Part shown: positions 1-5,181 of the stretch, piece after piece | Layout of the letters: each line of letters opens with the position of its first letter | Numbering within the stretch: position 1 is the first letter of the stretch | Origin: a virus | Lineage: Duplodnaviria > Heunggongvirae > Uroviricota > Caudoviricetes | DNA length: 5,181 bases | Strand: one strand, 5' to 3' | IMG/VR virus record: IMGVR_UViG_3300039360_000012 | Program-made: the position numbers and the translations under genes | The notes under the pieces: generated by a model | Database searches by the model: none | Seen by the model: only the letters and a program-made list of their open reading frames with translations | What the model was told of the DNA's origin: nothing

Positions 1-408
1 CGCTTTGAGCACGGTGTGACGGACTGTTACACACTGTTCCGGGATGCTTATCATCTGGCGGGGATTGAGATGCCGGATTTTACGCGGGAGGATGACTGGT
101 GGCGTCACGGTCAGAATCTCTATCTGGATAATCTGGAGGCAACGGGGCTGTATCAGGTGCCGTTGTCAGCGGCGCAGCCGGGCGATGTGCTGCTGTGCTG
201 CTTTGGTTCATCGGTGCCGAATCATGCCGCCATTTACTGTGGTGACGGCGAGCTGCTGCACCATATTCCTGAACAACTGAGCAAACGAGAGAGGTATACC
301 GACAAATGGCAGCGACGCACACACTCCCTCTGGCGTCACCGGGCATGGCACGCATCTGCCTTTACGGGGATTTGCAACGATTTGGCCGCCGCATCGACCT
401 TCGTGTGA
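1..408 (+). CDS. K: Tail assembly protein K, NlpC/P60-family peptidase C-terminal part; 5' end lies upstream of the window (partial)
   Basis: The reading frame is open from nt 1 (cgc ttt gag cac ggt gtg = RFEHGV) with no upstream stop, so the GTG at 16 is an ORF-finder artefact, not the real start. The translation (...HGVTDCYTLFRDAYHLAGIEMPDF...PGDVLLCCFGSSVPNHAAIYCGDGELLHHIPEQL...) matches my recollection of the lambda gpK C-terminus, including a Cys...His arrangement typical of NlpC/P60. Stop is TGA at 406-408. The 3' end overlaps gene I by 103 nt in another frame, as in lambda. Confidence 0.9.
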   Translation, partial: RFEHGVTDCYTLFRDAYHLAGIEMPDFTREDDWWRHGQNLYLDNLEATGLYQVPLSAAQPGDVLLCCFGSSVPNHAAIYCGDGELLHHIPEQLSKRERYTDKWQRRTHSLWRHRAWHASAFTGICNDLAAASTFV

Positions 409-947
409 AAACGGGAGCCGAAGCCATCCGGGCGCTTGCCACGCAGCTACCGTCGTTTCGCCAGAAACTGAATGAGGGCTGGTATCAGGTGCGCATTGCC
501 GGGCGTGATGCAGGCGAAACCGAATTATCTGCCCGTCTTAATGAGCCGCTGGCAAATGGTGCCGTGATCCACATTGTGCCGCGTCTGGCGGGAGCTAAAA
601 GTGGCGGTGTTTTTCAGGCAGTGCTGGGTGCGGCGCTAATTGCTACGGCAATCTGGATGCCAGGAATCAGTATCGCTTTCAGTAACATTCTCTTTTCTAT
701 GGGGGCAGCGATGACGCTTGGTGGTGTCGCACAGATGCTGGCCCCTAAACCCAAAACTCCACGTACACAGACAACGGATAACGGCAAACAGAACACCTAT
801 TTCTCCTCACTGGATAACATGGTTGCCCAGGGCAATGTCCTGCCTGTTCTGTACGGTGAAATGCGCGTGGGGTCACGTGTGGCATCTCAGGAGATCAGCA
901 CGGCAGATGAAGGGGATGGTGGTCAGGTTGTGGTAATTGGGCGGTAA
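306..947 (+). CDS. I: Tail assembly protein I (lambda gpI-like)
   Basis: ATG at 306-308 with a GAGG-containing purine run at 286-294 upstream; stop TAA at 945-947; 213 aa. The N-terminus (MAATHTLPLASPGMARICLYGDLQRFGRRIDLRVKTGAEAIRALATQLP) and C-terminus (KQNTYFSSLDNMVAQGNVLPVLYGEMRVGSRVASQEISTADEGDGGQVVVIGR) closely match lambda gpI as I recall it. It has the hydrophobic/Gly-Ala-rich central segment typical of gpI. The overlap with K is the characteristic lambdoid arrangement. Confidence 0.9.
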   Translation: MAATHTLPLASPGMARICLYGDLQRFGRRIDLRVKTGAEAIRALATQLPSFRQKLNEGWYQVRIAGRDAGETELSARLNEPLANGAVIHIVPRLAGAKSGGVFQAVLGAALIATAIWMPGISIAFSNILFSMGAAMTLGGVAQMLAPKPKTPRTQTTDNGKQNTYFSSLDNMVAQGNVLPVLYGEMRVGSRVASQEISTADEGDGGQVVVIGR

Positions 948-952
948 TATTA

Positions 953-1000
953 TTTACTCATGTTCTAACTGATTTAATATTTATATCGAACACTGATAAT
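953..1000 (+). promoter_or_regulatory. Candidate sigma70-type promoter region for the lipoprotein moron (AT-rich; exact -35/-10 assignment uncertain)
   Basis: The region between the I stop and the lipoprotein start is strongly AT-rich. It contains hexamers resembling -35/-10 elements, e.g. TTTACT (953-958) and TAATAT (975-980) with 16-nt spacing, and GATAAT (995-1000). Several alternative pairings exist, so the exact promoter is not resolved from sequence alone. Confidence 0.25.
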
Positions 1001-1019
1001 TATTCTGTTGGTTAGCTAT

Positions 1020-1358
1020 ATGAACAAAACGATTTTATTCTGCACGATTATTGCCTTAACAGGATGTAAATCTTTGGATTACGTAAAATCCGGAAAACCT
1101 GTAATGGAAGGTAATTCATTAAAAAATATTGATGAATTGTCAGGCTGCATATCCAGACAATGGGCTGGTAATGGAACACCTATAACATCCCTTCCTATTG
1201 AGAATGGGGTAAGCCTTTTAGTTCCACAGGCTATGGGTGGGTATGATGTTGTGCTTGATATCAAAAAAGCAGGAAATGGCAGTAGTTTTACTCTTTATGA
1301 ACGCGTACCAGCATTAACGCCAAAAATTTTTGCTGATAGTGTTAATGCATGTAAATAA
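1020..1358 (+). CDS. Small secreted lipoprotein (moron) inserted between tail genes I and J; predicted outer-membrane lipoprotein, function unknown (candidate lysogenic-conversion / superinfection-exclusion factor)
   Basis: ATG at 1020 gives MNKTILFCTIIALTG|CKS...: a basic n-region (K3), a hydrophobic h-region and a lipobox L-T-G-C (signal peptidase II type). The residue after the lipidated Cys is Lys, not Asp, so outer-membrane sorting is expected under the E. coli +2 rule. Mature protein is about 92 aa with two additional Cys. Stop is TAA at 1356-1358, followed immediately by TAG. The ORF track starts this ORF at an in-frame TTG at 1008, but the ATG at 1020 gives the canonical signal peptide. 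No strong Shine-Dalgarno is visible. Base composition is markedly AT-rich compared with flanking K/I/J. I do not recognise the protein as a named family. Confidence 0.7.
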   Translation: MNKTILFCTIIALTGCKSLDYVKSGKPVMEGNSLKNIDELSGCISRQWAGNGTPITSLPIENGVSLLVPQAMGGYDVVLDIKKAGNGSSFTLYERVPALTPKIFADSVNACK

Positions 1359-1382
1359 TAGTTAATCCTGCCGTAACTCATG

Positions 1383-1410
1383 AGCCGCCTTTTGGGCGGC
1401 TTTGTCGTTT
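1383..1410 (+). terminator. Candidate rho-independent terminator downstream of the lipoprotein gene
   Basis: Inverted repeat AGCCGCC (1383-1389) / GGCGGCT (1395-1401) around a short T-rich loop, followed by TTGTCGTTT. It is GC-rich and the T tract is imperfect. It lies 25 nt after the lipoprotein stop and just upstream of the J ribosome-binding site. Confidence 0.4.
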
Positions 1411-1424
1411 ATGGAGTGTGAGGA

Positions 1425-4400
1425 ATGGGTAAAGGAAGCAGTAAGGGGCATACCCCGCGCGAAGCAAAGGACAACCTGAAGTCCACGCAGTTGCTGAGTG
1501 TGATCGATGCCATCAGCGAAGGGCCGATAGAAGGTCCGGTGGATGGATTAAAAAGCGTGCTGCTGAACAGTACGCCGGTGCTGGACAGTGAAGGGAATAC
1601 CAACATCGCCGGTGTCACGGTGGTGTTCCGGGCAGGTGAGCAGGAGCAGACACCGCCGGAGGGTTTTGAATCCTCCGGATCCGAGACGGTGCTGGGTACG
1701 GAAGTGAAATATGACACGCCGATCACCCGGACCATCACGTCTGCAAACATCGACCGTCTGCGCTTTACCTTCGGTGTGCAGGCTCTGGTGGAAACCACCT
1801 CAAAGGGGGACAGGAATCCGTCGGAAGTCCGCCTGCTGGTTCAGATACAGCGTAACGGTGGCTGGGTGACGGAAAAAGACATCACCATTAAGGGTAAAAC
1901 CACCTCGCAGTATCTGGCCTCGGTGGTGGTGGATAACCTGCCTCCGCGCCCGTTCAATATCCGGATGCGCAGGATGACACCGGACAGCACCACAGACCAG
2001 CTGCAGAACAAAACGCTCTGGTCGTCATACACCGAAATCATCGATGTGAAACAGTGCTACCCGAACACGGCACTGGTCGGTGTGCAGGTGGACTCGGAGC
2101 AGTTCGGCAGCCAGCAGGTGAGCCGTAATTATCATCTTCGCGGGCGCATTCTGCAGGTGCCGTCGAACTATAACCCGCAGACGCGGCAATACAGCGGTAT
2201 CTGGGACGGAACGTTTAAACCGGCATACAGCAACAACATGGCCTGGTGTCTGTGGGATATGCTGACCCATCCGCGCTACGGCATGGGGAAGCGTCTCGGT
2301 GCGGCGGATGTGGACAAATGGGCGCTGTATGTCATCGGCCAGAATTGCGACCAGTCGGTGCCGGATGGCTTTGGTGGCACGGAGCCGCGCATAACCTGTA
2401 ATGCCTGGCTGACCACACAGCGTAAGGCGTGGGATGTTCTCAGTGATTTCTGCTCTGCGATGCGCTGTATGCCGGTATGGAACGGGCAGACGCTGACGTT
2501 CGTGCAGGACCGACCGTCGGATAAGGTGTGGACCTATAACCGCAGTAATGTGGTGATGCCGGATGATGGCGCGCCGTTCCGCTACAGCTTCAGCGCNNNN
2601 NNNNNNNNNNNNNNNNNNNNNNNNNNNNNNNNNNNNNNNNNAACGGCTGGGAGACGGCGACAGAGCTTGTGGAGGACACGCAGGCCATTGCCCGTTACGG
2701 TCGTAACGTCACGAAGATGGATGCCTTTGGCTGTACCAGTCGGGGGCAGGCACACCGCGCCGGGCTGTGGCTGATTAAAACGGAGCTGCTGGAAACGCAG
2801 ACCGTGGACTTCAGCGTGGGCGCAGAAGGGCTTCGCCATGTACCGGGCGATGTCATTGAAATCTGCGATGATGACTATGCGGGTATCAGCACAGGCGGGC
2901 GCGTGCTGGCGGTGAACAGCCAGGCGCGGACACTGACGCTCGACCGTGAAATCATGCTGCCATCCTCCGGCACCACGCTGATAAGCCTGGTTGACGGAAA
3001 TGGCAATCCGGTCAGCGTGGAGGTCCAGTCCGTCACCGACGGCGTGAAGGTGAAAGTGAGCCGTGTTCCTGACGGCGTTGCCGAATACAGCGTGTGGGGG
3101 CTGAAGCTGCCGACGCTGCGCCAGCGCCTGTTCCGCTGTGTGAGTATCCGGGAGAACGATGACGGTACGTATGCCATCACCGCCGTGCAGCATGTACCGG
3201 AAAAAGAAGCCATCGTGGATAACGGGGCGCACTTTGACGGCGACCAGAGCGGCACGGTGAATGGTGTCACGCCGCCAGCGGTGCAGCACCTGACTGCCGA
3301 AGTCACCGCAGACAGCGGGGAATATCAGGTACTGGCGCGATGGGACACGCCGAAGGTGGTGAAGGGGGTGAGCTTTATGCTTCGCCTGACCGTGGCAGCG
3401 GATGACGGCAGTGAGCGGCTTGTCAGCACAGCCCGGACGACGGAAACCACATACCGCTTCAGGCAACTGGCGCTGGGGCGTTACACGCTGACAGTCCGGG
3501 CGGTAAATGCGTGGGGACAGCAGGGCGATCCGGCGTCGGTATCGTTCCGGATTGCCGCACCGTCAGCGCCGTCGCGGATTGAGCTGACTCCGGGCTATTT
3601 TCAGATAACCGCCACGCCGCATCTTGCCGTTTATGACCCGACGGTACAGTTTGAGTTCTGGTTCTCGGAAAAGCGGATTGCGGATATCAGGCAGGTTGAA
3701 ACCACAGCCCGCTATCTTGGCACGGCGCTGTACTGGATAGCTGCCAGTATCAATATCAAGCCGGGCCATGATTATTATTTTTACATCCGCAGTGTGAACA
3801 CCGTTGGCAAATCGGCATTCGTGGAGGCTGTTGGCCAGCCGAGTGATGATGCATCCGGCTATCTGGATTTTTTCAAAGGAGAGATAGGGAAAACCCATCT
3901 GGCTCAGGAGTTGTGGGCGCAGATTGATAACGGTCAGCTTGCGCCTGACCTGGCTGAAATCAGGACGTCCATTACGGATGTCAGCAATGAAATCACGCAG
4001 ACCGTCAATAAGAAACTGGAAGACCAGAGTGCAGCGATCCAGCAGATACAGAAGGTTCAGGTTGATACAAATAATAACCTGAACAGCATGTGGGCTGTGA
4101 AGCTGCAGCAGATGCAGGACGGACGCCTTTATATCGCGGGTATCGGTGCCGGTATTGAGAACACCCCCGACGGTATGCAGAGTCAGGTGCTGCTGGCGGC
4201 AGACAGGATTGCGATGATTAATCCTGCGAATGGCAACACAAAGCCGATGTTTGTTGGTCAGGGCGATCAGATATTCATGAACGAAGTGTTCCTGAAATAC
4301 CTGACGGCTCCCACCATTACCAGCGGCGGTAATCCTCCGGCATTTTCCCTGACACCGGACGGGCGGCTGACGGCGAAAAATGCAGATATCAGCGGTAACG

Positions 4401-4900
4401 TGAATGCGAACTCCGGGACGCTCAACAATGTCACGATTAATCAGAACTGCCGGATTCTGGGAAAACTGTCAGCCAACCAGATTGAAGGCGATATTGTTAA
4501 AACGGTGGGCAAAGCTTTCCCCCGGGACTCCCGTGCACCGGAGCGGTGGCCATCAGGGACCATTACCGTCAGGGTTTATGACGATCAGCCGTTTGACCGG
4601 CAAATTGTTATTCCAGCGGTGGCTTTCAGCGGTGCCAGACATGAACGGGAGAATAGCGATACTTATTCGTCATGCCGCCTGATAGTGAAGAAAAACGGGG
4701 CTGAAATTTATAACCGAACGGCTCTGGATAATACTCTGATTTACACGGGTGTTATTGATATGCCTGCAGGCAGTGGCGTAATGACACTGGAGTTTTCGGT
4801 ATCAGCATGGTGGGTAAATGGCTGGTATCCCACAGCAAGTATCAGCGATTTGCTGGTTGTGGTGATGAAGAAAGCCACCGCAGGCATCAGTATCAGCTGA
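1425..4900 (+). CDS. J: Tail tip / host-specificity (central tail fibre) protein J, lambda gpJ-like; single gene interrupted by a 45-N run (2597-2641) that breaks the apparent frame
   Basis: ATG at 1425 with GGAG at 1413-1416; the N-terminus [54 protein letters not shown] matches lambda gpJ as I recall it. The two ORF-track pieces (1425..2774 and 2669..4900) are one gene: upstream of the N run the frame reads ...[12 protein letters not shown] (through codon gcN at 2595-2597), and directly after it, at 2642, the other frame reads [30 protein letters not shown]..., contiguous gpJ sequence. Stop is TGA at 4898-4900. Total length is about 1158 codons, similar to lambda gpJ (about 1130 aa). The central part contains fibronectin-III-like segments. 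The C-terminal third is recognisably gpJ-like but diverged from lambda. Confidence 0.9.
2597..2641. other. Run of 45 ambiguous bases (N): assembly gap or masked segment inside gene J
   Basis: Directly visible as n x45. Flanking coding frames differ by one nucleotide, so the true length of the missing segment is not 45. Confidence 0.95.
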
Positions 4901-4918
4901 ATTTTATAACCCCAATAC

Positions 4919-4946
4919 GGGCGTCAGAAATGACGCCTTTTTTATT
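4919..4946 (+). terminator. Rho-independent terminator downstream of J
   Basis: Perfect 7-bp stem GGCGTCA (4920-4926) / TGACGCC (4931-4937) with a GAAA tetraloop (4927-4930), followed by TTTTTTATT (4938-4946). It lies 19 nt after the J stop codon. Confidence 0.65.
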
Positions 4947-4967
4947 GCAGAAAAGCGAGAGGTAATT

Positions 4968-5181
4968 ATGCGTAAATTATGTGCTGTTATTCTGTCCGCA
5001 GTAGTCTGGCTGGTTGCCGCTGGTACGCCAGCGAGCGCAGCAGAGCATCAGTCCACACTAAGCGCCGGGTATCTTCAGGCCCATACTGATATGCCAGGCA
5101 GTGATGACCTGAAGGGCATTAACGTGAAATACCGTTATGAATTTACGGACACGCTGGGGCTGGTGACGTCATTCAGTTATG
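4968..5181 (+). CDS. lom: Lom-like outer-membrane protein (Ail/Lom/OmpX family beta-barrel), 5' part; continues beyond the window end
   Basis: ATG at 4968 is preceded by GAGAGG (4957-4962) at 5-nt spacing. The translation MRKLCAVILSAVVWLVAAGTPASA|AEHQSTLSAGYLQAHTDMPGSDDLKGINVKYRYEFTDTLGLVTSFSY has a Sec signal peptide ending in ASA. The mature start, with alternating aromatic/hydrophobic residues and the motif GINVKYRYE, matches lambda Lom and the Ail family as I recall them. Position immediately downstream of J is the same as lom in lambda. No stop codon before the window end. Confidence 0.8.
   Translation, partial: MRKLCAVILSAVVWLVAAGTPASAAEHQSTLSAGYLQAHTDMPGSDDLKGINVKYRYEFTDTLGLVTSFSY

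Noticed and set aside
44-355. ORFs 44..280 (+, alternate frame) and 80..355 (-) within K
   Set aside because: They overlap the well-supported K frame. The translations are Arg/Cys-rich or Ala/Pro-rich low-complexity products typical of off-frame reading of GC-rich coding DNA.
614-936. ORFs 614..796 (-) and 718..936 (+, alternate frame) within I
   Set aside because: Embedded in gene I in non-coding frames; no independent support.
1008-1019. TTG at 1008 as the start of the lipoprotein ORF (as in the ORF track)
   Set aside because: It would add MVSY before the signal peptide. The ATG at 1020 gives the canonical n-region/h-region/lipobox layout, so 1020 is preferred, although neither start has a strong Shine-Dalgarno.
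1079-1264. 61-aa ORF on the minus strand inside the lipoprotein gene
   Set aside because: Antisense to an ORF with a canonical lipoprotein signal peptide; too short and without start signals.
1409-2270. Minus-strand ORFs 1409..1798, 1841..2041 and 2025..2270
   Set aside because: All are antisense to the conserved N-terminal part of J; frame artefacts.
2875-3306. 143-aa ORF on the minus strand
   Set aside because: Antisense inside J; Ser/Thr/Pro-rich low-complexity translation typical of a non-coding frame of a GC-rich gene.
2582-3466. 294-aa ORF on the minus strand
   Set aside because: Lies entirely antisense within J, a GC-rich region where long spurious antisense ORFs are expected. It runs through the N gap, has no ribosome-binding site and no recognisable protein features, and J on the + strand is strongly supported.
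3563-3898. 111-aa ORF on the minus strand
   Set aside because: Antisense inside J, with no start context or domain signal.
4404-4682. 92-aa ORF on the + strand in an alternate frame within the J 3' region
   Set aside because: Off-frame inside J; the J frame continues without interruption to 4900 with gpJ-like sequence.
1425-4900. J as a frameshifted pseudogene or two separate genes
   Set aside because: The frame break coincides exactly with the run of Ns, and both flanks read as contiguous gpJ sequence, so it is a sequence gap artefact rather than a biological disruption.
1-5181. CRISPR arrays, tRNA or rRNA genes, transposase or IS elements, attachment sites
   Set aside because: No direct-repeat/spacer periodicity, cloverleaf-like structures, terminal inverted repeats or integrase/transposase-like ORFs are visible. 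The whole window is accounted for by tail genes and two morons.

Overview
This window is the distal tail-tip region of a lambda-like (lambdoid) siphovirus prophage, most likely in an enterobacterial host, with all genes on the + strand. It contains the 3' part of tail assembly gene K (1-408), the overlapping tail assembly gene I (306-947), a small AT-rich insertion carrying a lipoprotein gene (1020-1358), the large tail-tip/host-specificity gene J (1425-4900, interrupted by a 45-N run at 2597-2641), a terminator, and the 5' end of a Lom-like outer-membrane protein gene (4968 to window end). K, I and the N-terminal and central parts of J closely resemble phage lambda as I recall it; this is from memory, not from a search. 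The most interesting element is the lipoprotein moron wedged between I and J, which are adjacent in lambda. It has its own AT-rich promoter-like region and hairpin, and sits beside a J gene whose C-terminal receptor-binding part differs from lambda. I propose it is a lysogenic-conversion or superinfection-exclusion lipoprotein, possibly acting on the receptor this J recognises; this is a hypothesis, not a demonstrated function. Minus-strand ORFs in the track all lie antisense inside these genes and are treated as spurious.
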